Shown: positions 10,547 to 20,192 of the stretch, piece after piece
How the letters are laid out: each line of letters opens with the position of its first letter
Numbering within the stretch: the stretch's first letter is position 1
NCBI GenBank assembly: GCA_044869275.1
Contig: JBIOXB010000211.1
Coordinates: 29,242-93,241, forward strand
Reading direction: 5' to 3'
Source of the DNA: a bacterium
GTDB lineage: Bacteria; Zhuqueibacterota; Zhuqueibacteria; Zhuqueibacterales; Zhuqueibacteraceae
DNA: 64,000 nucleotides
The notes under the pieces: generated by a model
The model's database searches: none
What the model saw: only the letters and a program-made list of their open reading frames with translations
What the model was told of the DNA's origin: nothing
Translations under genes and position numbers: made by a program

Positions 10547-11419
10547 ATGAACGAAGATCGTGGAGCGAAAATGCGCGCCGCAGAACCGCCTCAGGAGCTG
10601 GTTGATGCCGAAGCCCTGGCACAAGCCGCCGTATTTCTGCGCCGCCAGATGCCGCTTGCCCCGCGCCTCGCCATCATTTTAGGCTCGGGGCTGGGACCAT
10701 TTGCCGATCACGTGCGGGAAGGCCTCGTGATTCCAACGGCGGAGATTCCGCACTATCCACGCTCCACCGTGGCCGGCCATGCCGGCCGGTGGATTTTTGG
10801 CACGATTGCAGGCAAGAGAATCCTCGCCCTGCAAGGCCGGGTGCACATGTATGAAGGCTATCCGCCGGCAACGGTTGGATTTCCCGTGCAGCTCATGGCC
10901 GAACTGGGCATACAAAAACTGATCGTCACCAACGCTGCGGGCGGGCTGAACATGCATTTCGCGCCCGGCGATTTGATGCTGATAGACGATCACCTCAACA
11001 TGATGTTCGCGAATCCTTTGCGCGGCCAGCATCGCAAAGAATGGGGCGAGCGCTGGCCGGACATGTTCGCGCCCTACACACCCGCGCTACAAGAAATTGC
11101 TCTGCAAACGGCGCTGGCGTTGGGTATTCCTTTGCGTCGCGGCGTGCTGTTCGCGGCGAAGGGCCCGAGCTATGAAACCGCGGCGGAAGTGCAAATGGCG
11201 CGGCGCTTGGGTGCGGATGCCGTCACCATGTCCACGGTGCCGGAAGTGATCGTGGCAGTTTCACGCCGCATGCAGGTGCTGGGCATTTCGTGCATCACCA
11301 ATCTCGCCACCGGCTTGTCGCAGGGCAAATTGGATCATGAAGAAGTTACGCACACCGCCAATCGCATCAGTGCAACGTTTACACGCCTGCTGACGGGAAT
11401 TATCAGACGCATTGCGTAA
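10547..11419 (+). CDS. punA: Purine-nucleoside phosphorylase (trimeric type)
   Basis: ILGSGLG, GHAG, GRVHMYEG, TNAAGG, GPSYET, MSTVPE, ITN. Confidence 0.93.
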   Translation: MNEDRGAKMRAAEPPQELVDAEALAQAAVFLRRQMPLAPRLAIILGSGLGPFADHVREGLVIPTAEIPHYPRSTVAGHAGRWIFGTIAGKRILALQGRVHMYEGYPPATVGFPVQLMAELGIQKLIVTNAAGGLNMHFAPGDLMLIDDHLNMMFANPLRGQHRKEWGERWPDMFAPYTPALQEIALQTALALGIPLRRGVLFAAKGPSYETAAEVQMARRLGADAVTMSTVPEVIVAVSRRMQVLGISCITNLATGLSQGKLDHEEVTHTANRISATFTRLLTGIIRRIA

Positions 11420-11514
11420 ATGCACCATGCAGAGCCTTAGCCGCCATCACCGCAAAGGCCAAACCGGCACCGCAGTAATAATTGGTTAAAAATTTAATCT
11501 TTCCTCTCGTGGCT

Positions 11515-11922
11515 ATGCAAAACCCCAGTCGAAAAGCCAAAGGCGGACGCAGCAGCAAGCGCACACAGTTGCTGGTCGTAGGCGACCGTGTTTTGATCGA
11601 GCCGGACGGCGGCGATGAGCGCACCGATGTGGGATTATACTTGCCCAAATGGGTGGTGGAGAAAGAATCCGTGCAAGGCGGGCGCATCGTGGCCACCGGA
11701 CCGGGCACACCGCTGCCGGATTTCAAGGAGATGGACGACGAGCCGTGGCGGCCCACGCGGCGCGAGTCGCGCCACGTGCCCATGCAGGCGCGCAAGGGGG
11801 ACTATGCGATTTTTCTGCGCAAAGCCGGGGTAGAAATTAGAGTGGATAATAAGAACTATCTGGTCGTGCCCCAGGGCGCAATTCTCGTGCTCATGCGCGA
11901 TCAGGCTCACGACGAGGGGTGA
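11515..11922 (+). CDS. GroES/Cpn10-family protein (stand-alone)
   Basis: VGDRVLIEP..TDVGLYLP, GRIVATGPG, GDYAIFL, YLVVPQGAIL; no adjacent groEL. Confidence 0.8.
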   Translation: MQNPSRKAKGGRSSKRTQLLVVGDRVLIEPDGGDERTDVGLYLPKWVVEKESVQGGRIVATGPGTPLPDFKEMDDEPWRPTRRESRHVPMQARKGDYAIFLRKAGVEIRVDNKNYLVVPQGAILVLMRDQAHDEG

Positions 11923-12018
11923 AAAGACTCCGCAGCGCCAGACAAAACCGGCGTGTAGAAGCCATACGACAGCCCCTTCCGGCCGGTGGTGCGCCAGCAT
12001 AATTTTTGGAATCAAAGC

Positions 12019-12047
12019 TTGCATTTTTGAAAATTTCGGTTTATCTT
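12019..12047 (+). promoter_or_regulatory. Putative sigma-70 promoter of the cold-shock gene
   Basis: TTGCAT-17 bp-TATCTT. Confidence 0.45.
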
Positions 12048-12366
12048 GCTCCGCAACTTTGGTACACCGTTTTTGCTCTAAATGCGTTGCCTTCTCTCAA
12101 CCGGAGAAGATGTAATACTGGATTGTTAAGTTCCGCGAGCCCAAGCCTGCCGGTTTTAAATCACGTATGAGATCAGGCCGATGTTGTTGAATGCAGCGAG
12201 CGATCCATCCGGTTTACCCGCACGCAATAACGTGGGTAGGATTGTCCCAGATGATCCTGTTCCAGGTGGGAAATAGGACGGCAAAAGCTGGTTGTACGCA
12301 ACAACAGTCTCCCGCAGCAGATCTGCCGCGGGATCATTACAACCAATCTTAATGAAAGGGACGGTT

Positions 12367-12567
12367 ATGGAAACCGGCACCGTGAAGTGGTTCAATGAGG
12401 CCAAAGGCTATGGTTTTATTCGTCGAGAATCCGGCGATGACGTGTTCGTGCACTTCAAGGCCATCGTGGGCGAAGGCTTTCGCACGTTGAACGAAGGCGA
12501 ACGCGTGCAGTTCGAAGTCGAAAAAGGCCCCAAGGGCTTGCAGGCCGCCAAAGTTAAACGGCTGTAA
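12367..12567 (+). CDS. Cold-shock protein
   Basis: [28 protein letters not shown]. Confidence 0.96.
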   Translation: METGTVKWFNEAKGYGFIRRESGDDVFVHFKAIVGEGFRTLNEGERVQFEVEKGPKGLQAAKVKRL

Positions 12568-12586
12568 TATCACTTCAAGAAAATCA

Positions 12587-12622
12587 AACCCCGCTCGCGG
12601 ATTTTTTCGAGCGGGGTTTTTT
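12587..12622 (+). terminator. Intrinsic terminator after csp
   Basis: AAACCCCGCTCG...CGAGCGGGGTTTTTT. Confidence 0.8.
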
Positions 12623-12637
12623 AATTTAAGCCTTTTG

Positions 12638-12670
12638 AGACCCGCCAGGTTTTAAAAACCTGGCGGGTCT
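12638..12670. repeat. REP-like palindrome AGACCCGCCAGGTTTT-A-AAAACCTGGCGGGTCT
   Basis: Perfect 16-bp arms between convergent genes. Confidence 0.75.
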
Positions 12671-12676
12671 TAGAGG

Positions 12677-13426
12677 TCAAGTCGCCTGCTCTGTGGGCCG
12701 CAGCAGAATTTGATTGATATCGACGTGCGGCGGTTGCGTGAGCGCGAACATCACCGCGGCCGCCACGTCCGGCGCCTGCATGAAACGCATCGGCGGATGC
12801 GCTTTGAAGGCTTCCCATACTTCCGGGTCGGTGATGTGCGAGGCCAGCTCCGTGGCCACGGCGCCGGGCATGATGGTGGTCACGCGAATCGGTGTCTTTT
12901 CGCGCGCCAGCTCGAAGCGCAGGCCCTCGGAAATCCAATTCACCGCCGCCTTCGTGCCGCTGTACACCGCCGAGCCGGGAAAGACTTTAAGGCCGGCGTC
13001 CGATGAGATGTTGACAATCTCTCCGCTATTCTGCGCGCGCAGTACCGGCAGCGTTGCCGCGATGCCATGCAACACGCCTTTGATATTGATGTCCACCATG
13101 CGCAGCCATTCTTCGATTTTGAGATTCCGCATGAAAGAAAGCAGCATCACGCCGGCGTTATTAATGAGAATGTCGCAACGCCCGAATTTTTTGAGCGTCT
13201 GCTGCACCGTGGTCTGCCAGTCTTCCGGCCGGGTGACATCCATCTGCGCGATCACCGCTTCCCCGCCATGGTCGGCGATTTTTTTGTTAAGATTGCCTAG
13301 GCGGTCTTTGCGGCGCGCCGCGAGGGTCACTTTCACGCCGGCTTGCGCCAAGGCCCACGCCGTGGCTTCACCGATGCCGCTGCTCGCACCGGTGACAATG
13401 GCGGCTTTGCCTGCAAGGGTGCTCAT
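12677..13426 (-). CDS. SDR family oxidoreductase
   Basis: [22 protein letters not shown]. Confidence 0.94.
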   Translation of the reverse strand: MSTLAGKAAIVTGASSGIGEATAWALAQAGVKVTLAARRKDRLGNLNKKIADHGGEAVIAQMDVTRPEDWQTTVQQTLKKFGRCDILINNAGVMLLSFMRNLKIEEWLRMVDINIKGVLHGIAATLPVLRAQNSGEIVNISSDAGLKVFPGSAVYSGTKAAVNWISEGLRFELAREKTPIRVTTIMPGAVATELASHITDPEVWEAFKAHPPMRFMQAPDVAAAVMFALTQPPHVDINQILLRPTEQAT

Positions 13427-13484
13427 CTACAATCTCCTGACAGTGGTTTTTGGGCCGTTTGGTAACTGCTCACGTGCCTCTGTG

Positions 13485-13584
13485 AACCACCAAATAAACG
13501 AAATACACGAAAAGTCATCGCGAATTTGAAAATAGTCTTTGCCAAATTCAGGCTCTTATTCGTGTTTTGTGTGTTTCGCGGGCT
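13485..13584. repeat. 9-bp-period palindromic repeat (ACACGAAAT family)
   Basis: AACCACCAAATAAACGAAATACACGAA ... TTCGTGTTTTGTGTGTTTCGCGG; same family as 62573-62636 and 63671-63734. Confidence 0.65.
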
Positions 13585-13749
13585 GAAAACTTTGAAACCA
13601 CAATTCTTCATAAACAGAACCATTTTTTTATCCGTTGGAATTTTTTTCTTTGTGAACTCGTTGGTTTGAATCCCGAGTGAGTCGGGATTCGCTGGACGGC
13701 TACCATGCCTGAATGCAAAAGAGTAATGCAAACTTCGGAATGAACTCGC

Positions 13750-14409
13750 ATGCCTCTCTCTCACGGCAAACTGCAAATCGCGCACACGGTTTATTTTTCC
13801 GTTCATGCTCCAGAAGCGGGCGGGCCGTGGCCCATGTTGATCATTTTGCACGGCTTTGGGCAAGCGGCAGCGGAATTCATCAATGTTTTCTCAGCTTTGC
13901 CCGAGCACGGAATTTTGGTAGCGGCCCCACAGGCACCGCATCAATATTACAAAAATTTCATCGAGCGCCGCGTCGGTTTTTCGTGGTTGACGCGCTACGA
14001 GCGCGATCAATCGATTCAGGACTTTGTGGGCTACATGGAAAAGTTCCACGATCTGCTCACCCGTACTTATGCTATCGACCGGCACCGTATTTTTGTGCTG
14101 GGATTTTCGCAAGGCGTGTCCATGGCCTATCGCTTGTGGGCGCATGGCCAAATTCCTCTGGCAGGCCTGATCGCTTGCGGCAGCGATTTGCCGCCGGACG
14201 TTGCCGAGCGCCTGCCGGCAATGCCGCCGCTGCCGGTGTTGCTGGTGCATGGCCGGCGCGATCAGGTCGTGCCGCTGTCCAAGGCGCATGAAGCGCTTGC
14301 CCGGCTTTTGGCGCAAGGCATACCCGCCGATTTGTTCGAATTCGAGGGCGAGCATCTCATTCCGCCGGAGGCGATGAGGCGCATCGCGCAGATGATGGAG
14401 AAGAGATAA
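13750..14409 (+). CDS. Phospholipase/carboxylesterase family alpha/beta hydrolase
   Basis: LHGFGQ, GFSQG nucleophile elbow, HGRRDQVV, FEGEH. Confidence 0.88.
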   Translation: MPLSHGKLQIAHTVYFSVHAPEAGGPWPMLIILHGFGQAAAEFINVFSALPEHGILVAAPQAPHQYYKNFIERRVGFSWLTRYERDQSIQDFVGYMEKFHDLLTRTYAIDRHRIFVLGFSQGVSMAYRLWAHGQIPLAGLIACGSDLPPDVAERLPAMPPLPVLLVHGRRDQVVPLSKAHEALARLLAQGIPADLFEFEGEHLIPPEAMRRIAQMMEKR

Positions 14410-14441
14410 AAGCCATTTGCTTTGAAGCTGTCCGGCAGGGT

Positions 14442-15599
14442 TTAGTCGCTCGGCGACTCGCCAACATAAATTTTCGGCAGCCGCAAGCTGAGCTTCGTCA
14501 TAATATCGTAAGAAACCGTCCCGCCCCAGGCCGCGAGATCGTGCACAGAAATCACCTCGCCGTTTTGTTCTCCCAGCACCACGCTCTCATCCCATTGCTG
14601 CACCTGCGGAATTTCGGAAACGTCGACCATCATCGCATCCATGGCATTGCCGCCCACCACGGGCGCGCGCCGGCCATGTATCAAAACAAAACCGAGGTTG
14701 CGCACGCGCGGAAATCCGTCACCGTAACCCAGCGGAATTACCGCGATGGTGCGGGGCGCAGACGCGGTGTAACGCATACCATACCCCACGTGATCGCCGG
14801 CTTGAATGAGGCGCAGCGCGGCCACTCGCGCTTTGACTTGCATGATCGGTGCGAGATCGGGAAGGCGGCGGCATACTTGGGAGGGATACACTCCGAGCGG
14901 TAATATGCCCAGGCGCACCATGTCGAAGTGCGCCCGCGGCAAATCGAGATAGCCGCCGCTGTTGCAGGCGTGCCGAATCGGGAAGAGAACACCACGTGCT
15001 TGTAACTGTGCCAGAACTTCTTGGAAGCGGCGCAGTTGTTCGTTGGCAAAAGTCTTATCCAGCTCGTCGGACATGGCGAAATGTGTCATGAGTCCGGCGA
15101 TCCTTAGGCTCGAAAAAGCGCCGATCTTCTCGAGATTTTTAGCGGCCCCGGTCCAACGCACGCCGTAGCGGCTCAAGCCGGTATCGATTTCGGTGTGCAC
15201 CGTCGCTTGCCGGTTTTCTTTGCGCGCCAACTCGTGCAGGCGCGAAGCCTGGTGCTCGTCATTCACTATGCAGGTGAATTGATGCGACAAGCAATAAGGC
15301 AGTTCGTCCGGTGTTCTTTCACCAAATAACAAGATTTCCGAGGTGACGCCAGCCTCGCGCAACTGCATGGCTTCTGCCACCGTGGCCACCGCCAAACCGG
15401 CGGCACCCATGCGCAAATCTTCTTTGGCGATAACGGCCGCGCCATGGCCATAGGCATTGTCTTTCACCACGCCGCACCAGCGCAATGGCGCAGGCATATC
15501 GCGACGAATAATGTCGAGGTTCCGGCGCAGCTTCTGCACGTCAATTTCAACCCATGCCGGAGCCTGCAGCGGACGCTTGGCGGGAATTGCCTCAGCCAT
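14442..15599 (-). CDS. alr: Alanine racemase
   Basis: VVKDNAYGHG (PLP lysine), DTGLSRYG, THFA, HACNSG, VGYG, GYGDG. Confidence 0.9.
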   Translation of the reverse strand: MAEAIPAKRPLQAPAWVEIDVQKLRRNLDIIRRDMPAPLRWCGVVKDNAYGHGAAVIAKEDLRMGAAGLAVATVAEAMQLREAGVTSEILLFGERTPDELPYCLSHQFTCIVNDEHQASRLHELARKENRQATVHTEIDTGLSRYGVRWTGAAKNLEKIGAFSSLRIAGLMTHFAMSDELDKTFANEQLRRFQEVLAQLQARGVLFPIRHACNSGGYLDLPRAHFDMVRLGILPLGVYPSQVCRRLPDLAPIMQVKARVAALRLIQAGDHVGYGMRYTASAPRTIAVIPLGYGDGFPRVRNLGFVLIHGRRAPVVGGNAMDAMMVDVSEIPQVQQWDESVVLGEQNGEVISVHDLAAWGGTVSYDIMTKLSLRLPKIYVGESPSD

Positions 15600-16890
15600 A
15601 GATGCCGCGCAGCATCAACGTCTGGGCGACGCGATCGATCGCCAGGATGTAGGCCCCAATGCGCATATTGACTTTGTATTTTGCCGCGGCGCCGTTGACA
15701 TCGTTCAGCGCTTCGGTCATGATGCGCGTCAGGCGATTGAATACATCGTCCTTCGGCCAGAAATAGCCGCCGCGATCCTGCACCCATTCGAAATAGCTCA
15801 CCGTCACGCCGCCGGCGTTGCACAAAATGTCGGGAATGACGACCACGCCGCGTTCGGCGAGAATGGGATCAGCTTTGGCCGTCGTCGGGCCGTTTGCGCC
15901 CTCGGCAATGATCTTGGCCTTGATGCGGCCGGCATTTCTGCTGTTGATTTGATCTTCCAAGGCGCAGGGCGCCAACACTTCGCATTCCAATTCCAGCAGT
16001 TCTTCGTTGCTGATTCTGTCTCCGCCTTTGAAGCCTTCCAGCACGCCCTTATTCTGGTCGCGATGGGCAATCGCTAGCGGGATGTCGATGCCGTTGGCAT
16101 TGTAATAGCCGCCACTGACGTCGTTAATCGCGATGACTTTACAACCCATTTCATGAAAAAATCTCGAGGCGATGGAGCCCACGTTGCCAAAGCCCTGCAC
16201 CGCGATGCGCGTTTGCTTCGGCCGCAGGCCCATTTTTTCCATCATCGCACTGGTGGTGATCACCACACCTTTCCCCGTGGCCTCGACGCGGCCCTGTGAA
16301 CCGCCCAGAAAGATGGGCTTGCCCGTGACCACGGCGGTCGTGGTGTGTCGCATGTGCATGGAATAGGTGTCCATGATCCAGCCCATGACTTGTTCGTTGG
16401 TGTTCACGTCCGGCGCGGGCACGTCGCGCTCCGGTCCGAACACCTCCAGCAAGTTTGCCGTGTAGCGCCGTGTGATTTTTTCGAGCTCGACTTTGGTGAG
16501 CTGCTTGGGGTCGCATCTCACTCCGCCTTTCGCGCCGCCGAAGGGAAGGTTGACCACCGCGCATTTCCACGTCATCCACGCCGCCAGCGCTTTCATTTCC
16601 GCCAGCGTCACCTCCGGAGAATAACGAATACCGCCTTTGGACGGCCCGCGCACGTCGTTGTGAATCACACGATAGCCTTCAAACACTTCGATACGGCCGT
16701 CATCCATTTGTATCGGAATAGCGACAATGATTTGTTTCTGCGGCGTTTTGAGATATTCGTAAATGCCTTTGTCGAGATTCAAAATGTCGGCGGCTACTTG
16801 AAAACGCGCCATCATCGATTCAAAAGGATCGTCGTCGCTGGCTTTGATGGGCGCGGATTCAACGTACTTAAAAGGTGTTGCAGTCGCCAT
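15592..16890 (-). CDS. gdhA: Glutamate dehydrogenase (Glu/Leu/Phe/Val dehydrogenase family)
   Basis: KGGIRY, GGAKGG, DVPAPDVNT, QGFGNVG, EGANGP, NAGGVTVSYFEW. Confidence 0.94.
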   Translation of the reverse strand: MATATPFKYVESAPIKASDDDPFESMMARFQVAADILNLDKGIYEYLKTPQKQIIVAIPIQMDDGRIEVFEGYRVIHNDVRGPSKGGIRYSPEVTLAEMKALAAWMTWKCAVVNLPFGGAKGGVRCDPKQLTKVELEKITRRYTANLLEVFGPERDVPAPDVNTNEQVMGWIMDTYSMHMRHTTTAVVTGKPIFLGGSQGRVEATGKGVVITTSAMMEKMGLRPKQTRIAVQGFGNVGSIASRFFHEMGCKVIAINDVSGGYYNANGIDIPLAIAHRDQNKGVLEGFKGGDRISNEELLELECEVLAPCALEDQINSRNAGRIKAKIIAEGANGPTTAKADPILAERGVVVIPDILCNAGGVTVSYFEWVQDRGGYFWPKDDVFNRLTRIMTEALNDVNGAAAKYKVNMRIGAYILAIDRVAQTLMLRGIYG

Positions 16891-16968
16891 GAAAATCTCC
16901 TCCTCGCGCTGAGGGTTGAGTTGCCAAGCAAAATAGACGGGATGAACAGAAAGGGGACTGGCCCGGAA

Positions 16969-17130
16969 TTATTTCGATTCGAGCGTGCGCGGAGACGGTG
17001 ATTGTTCCTGCTGCAAGCGGCGGAGCACTTCCTGCACCACTTTGCGAATCAGCGCCGGATCCGCGTCCGGCCCCAATTCGCGCAAGGTTTCGCGCACGAT
17101 GCGCCGCAGCAATTCATCGGTGATTTCCAT
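16969..17130 (-). CDS. Small helical hypothetical protein (53 aa)
   Basis: MEITDELLRRIVRETLRELGPDADPALIRKVVQEVLRRL; amphipathic pattern, co-oriented with gdh. Confidence 0.6.
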   Translation of the reverse strand: MEITDELLRRIVRETLRELGPDADPALIRKVVQEVLRRLQQEQSPSPRTLESK

Positions 17131-17323
17131 ATAAAATAAAGAAGCCGCAGTTCGTGGACGCGGCTTCAACGGGAAGAAATATACGAGATTTTGGGATTCG
17201 TGCAAGGAATTTCTCTGGTGGCGAAACAAAACGCTTGTATTTCCCGGCCGGCTTGCTTAAATCCTCGCCAATTTCACCCTTCCAATCTTACGGATCGTTT
17301 GTGTTGTGCAAACCGGAGCATGC

Positions 17324-18514
17324 ATGAAACCTGCCGTAGCACGGATGACGGAAACTTTCACCGAATCCGTCATCCGCGAGATGACGCGCCTGACGCTGTT
17401 GCACGGCGGCATAAACTTGTCGCAGGGCTTTCCCGATTTTCCCGCGCCGGAGGAAGTCAAAGAAGCAGCGGTCGTGGCGATCCGCGGTGACTTCAATCAA
17501 TACGCCATTACCTGGGGCGCAGTGCCGCTGCGTGAAGCGATCGCCCGAAAAGCCGGGCGCTACAATCGCTTGGCGGTCGATCCCGCAAAGCACGTCACGG
17601 TTACCTGCGGCTCGACCGAGGCGATGATGGCCACGCTGCTCGCGCTCATCAATCCTGGCGACGAGGTGATCATCTTCGAGCCTTTTTATGAAAACTATGG
17701 GCCGGATACGATTCTCGCGCATGCCACGCCGCGCTTCGTTAAATTGCGCCCGCCACATTGGGAATTCGATGAGGGCGAATTGCGCGAGGCGTTCAACCAT
17801 CATACGCGCGCGATCATCATCAATACGCCCAACAATCCTACGGGCAAAGTTTTTTCGCGTAAGGAATTGCAATTCATCGCGAACCTGTGCCAGGACTGGG
17901 AGGTTTTGGCCATCACCGATGAAATTTACGAACACATTTTATACGACGGCGCGAAGCACGTCAGCATCGCCAGTCTCGAGGGCATGGCCGAGCGCACGGT
18001 GACGATCAATGCGATTTCAAAAACCTATAGTTTAACCGGCTGGCGTGTGGGCTGGGCCATTGCCCCGGAAAAGCAAACCAATGCCATCCGCAAAGTACAT
18101 GATTTTCTCACCGTCGGCGCGGCGGCCCCGCTGCAGGAAGCCGCCGCCGTGGCATTGCGCTTGCCGGAGAGTTATTATGCGAATTTGGCCGACATGTATC
18201 TTGCGAAGCGTAATCGCTTGCGGGATATTCTGCAAGCGGCGGGATTCTCCTGCTGGCAGCCGCAGGGCGCGTATTATATCATGTGCGACGCCTCAGAGTT
18301 GATGCGGCGAACGGGCCATTCCAATGACAATGACTTCGCGCGCTGGATGATTCGTGCCATCGGAGTGGCGTCAGTGCCGGGCTCGAGTTTTTATCAAAAT
18401 CCGGAAGAGGGCAGAACCCAGGTGAGGTTTTGTTTTTGCAAGAAGGAAGAAACGCTGCGGGAGGCGGAGGAGAGATTAGAAAATTTCAAAGCCCAAAAAA
18501 CAAATTCCAAATAA
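17324..18514 (+). CDS. PLP-dependent aminotransferase class I/II
   Basis: INLSQGFPD, NTPNNPTG, TDEIY, SKTYSLTGWRVG, RFCFCK. Confidence 0.94.
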   Translation: MKPAVARMTETFTESVIREMTRLTLLHGGINLSQGFPDFPAPEEVKEAAVVAIRGDFNQYAITWGAVPLREAIARKAGRYNRLAVDPAKHVTVTCGSTEAMMATLLALINPGDEVIIFEPFYENYGPDTILAHATPRFVKLRPPHWEFDEGELREAFNHHTRAIIINTPNNPTGKVFSRKELQFIANLCQDWEVLAITDEIYEHILYDGAKHVSIASLEGMAERTVTINAISKTYSLTGWRVGWAIAPEKQTNAIRKVHDFLTVGAAAPLQEAAAVALRLPESYYANLADMYLAKRNRLRDILQAAGFSCWQPQGAYYIMCDASELMRRTGHSNDNDFARWMIRAIGVASVPGSSFYQNPEEGRTQVRFCFCKKEETLREAEERLENFKAQKTNSK

Positions 18515-18603
18515 ATTTCAATTAGATTGCATCATTCCAAATTTTTCTTATTTTAGTTATAGACAGATCAAGCAAGAATTCTTTTTGATTGAGGAAATCC
18601 ACT

Positions 18604-18852
18604 ATGGCACGGATTGAGATTGGGCAATATCTGGCGGTAGACACCCGCGTCTGCGGCGGGCGATTGATCTTCAAGGGAACACGTATTCTGGTCGCGGATG
18701 CGTTAGAGTTGATCGAAGCAGGGTATACGCCGGAAGCGACAGCAAAACAGTATCGAGGTCTAATCACTTCAGAAGCAGTACGCGAAGCCAAATCACTTCT
18801 GCTCCGAGGCTTTTTAAAAGAAACGATCAGCAGAGTCAAGGCCGCCGCGTGA
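18604..18852 (+). CDS. DUF433 family antitoxin
   Basis: DTRVCGGRLIFKGTRILVADALE; coupled to the downstream PIN-like gene by a GTGA overlap. Confidence 0.82.
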   Translation: MARIEIGQYLAVDTRVCGGRLIFKGTRILVADALELIEAGYTPEATAKQYRGLITSEAVREAKSLLLRGFLKETISRVKAAA

Positions 18853-19238
18853 TTCTGCTGGATCACAACATCCCCGAAGACCAAGCGGAACAGCTTCGGC
18901 GATGGCGTATTCGTTTTCGTCAGATTGGTTATGAGGTGGGGCGCCCCGAATGGGATGATCAGCAAGAGATTCTTCGCTACTTGCATCAAACCAAGCGCAT
19001 AACGTTTTTCACACGCGATTTGGGCTTCTTTCATCCCCGCTTTTGCCACTCAAATTATTGTCTCGTTGTAATCACCAGCCACGTTCTGGAAACTGCTGCA
19101 ATGATTCGCCGGTTTCTACGCTATCCTGGATTCAAGACACATGCAAAGCGTATCGGAAAAGTTATAAAGCTTTCGTCAGCGAAAGTTGCGTGGTGGGAAA
19201 AGGGGCGCCAGTATCAACAAAACTTGGCTTGGTTGTAA
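18849..19238 (+). CDS. DUF5615/VapC45-like PIN toxin
   Basis: ILLDHNIP, WDDQQEIL, FFTRDLGF acidic PIN-like motifs. Confidence 0.72.
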   Translation: MILLDHNIPEDQAEQLRRWRIRFRQIGYEVGRPEWDDQQEILRYLHQTKRITFFTRDLGFFHPRFCHSNYCLVVITSHVLETAAMIRRFLRYPGFKTHAKRIGKVIKLSSAKVAWWEKGRQYQQNLAWL

Positions 19239-19265
19239 GAGTAGTCCAGAGTTCGCTTTGTCCGA

Positions 19266-19619
19266 TTAGACTACTTGATTGAATTCTGACTCCAGTTGCG
19301 AATTAAGAGTCACGCATTCGCGAAGTATGACCAGACTCCATCGAAGAAGTTCCTGATCGCGTGCAGCCTCAGCCACTGGACCATTCGAATTCTTACCTCC
19401 GTGAAAGAGATTGTTTCGAACACTTCGGATCAGCCTTATGATGAATTTCTCATCAGATTCACCAGTCTCTTGTATTGATTCCTTCCAGTCAAGTTGCTGA
19501 TTCAGGACATATTGCTTCTTTGGTGGCTTATTCTTTAAATCGGTTACGGTCTGCTGAAACTCAGAACTACGAATGGTTGCGAATTTTCCCGAATTCAACT
19601 TATAATAAACTGTATACAT
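19266..19619 (-). pseudogene. HEPN-like protein, C-terminal remnant
   Basis: PPKKQ...RSVRNNLFHGGK (RxxxxH). AT-rich. The upstream part of the ORF runs into a repeat (19617-19653) and looks non-coding. Confidence 0.5.
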
Positions 19620-19789
19620 CCGTGGTTTATTTTTTTGGGTATTCCGTGTGTTTAGTAAAAAACCTAGCAGATTCTCAGCCTGTCCGGCTTCTGGGATAAC
19701 CCCATCATCCCATCTCAACAAAAATTGGCGAAGCCCGACTTGCGCGCTACATCGTTCCAAATTAAGTGTGCAAGTCGGACTTCACAGCG

Positions 19790-20149
19790 CTACCACACCA
19801 CCTGATCCTTGATATACCGCCGCGTGTTGGCGGGATGGTAATCCTTCTCGATCGGCCGGAACACTTCACGAAAAAAGGAACGGTCGACCTCGATGCCGTC
19901 CACTTTCGGGTCACGGCCGGGAATGATAAAGAGTGCTTGCGGCTTGGCAATGGTGCCCAGCACTTCGATCTTGTCCAAAAACATCCGGCTGCTGGCGGCA
20001 TTTTCGTCGATCACCGGTGCCGGCAAGGTATCGGCCCCAACCATCGTCGCCGCTGGAATCGTCATTTCTTTCGCGTCTTGCGCGCGGACCAGGCTGGAGC
20101 CAGCGCAGACCATTACGAAAATCGCAAATGCAAAAAAGGCCTTTTTCAT
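19790..20149 (-). CDS. Small exported protein, GltF/CglF-like
   Basis: Signal peptide; C-terminal LDKIEVLGTIAKPQALFIIP...DRSFFREVFRPIEKD resembles the GltF-type IEGxxxKPxxxYI...SF motif. Confidence 0.6.
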   Translation of the reverse strand: MKKAFFAFAIFVMVCAGSSLVRAQDAKEMTIPAATMVGADTLPAPVIDENAASSRMFLDKIEVLGTIAKPQALFIIPGRDPKVDGIEVDRSFFREVFRPIEKDYHPANTRRYIKDQVVW

Positions 20150-20192
20150 AAAACCCTCGTGCGTTTCAGTATGGCTTTTGATCTATTTTCCA

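Noticed and set aside
12250..12330. Possible c-di-GMP-I riboswitch in the csp leader (GGAAA...GGCAAAAG)
   Set aside because: The spacing and the GNRA/receptor architecture do not fit by eye; kept only as a generic structured leader.
18522..19049. 175-aa minus-strand ORF
   Set aside because: Antisense to the DUF433/PIN pair.
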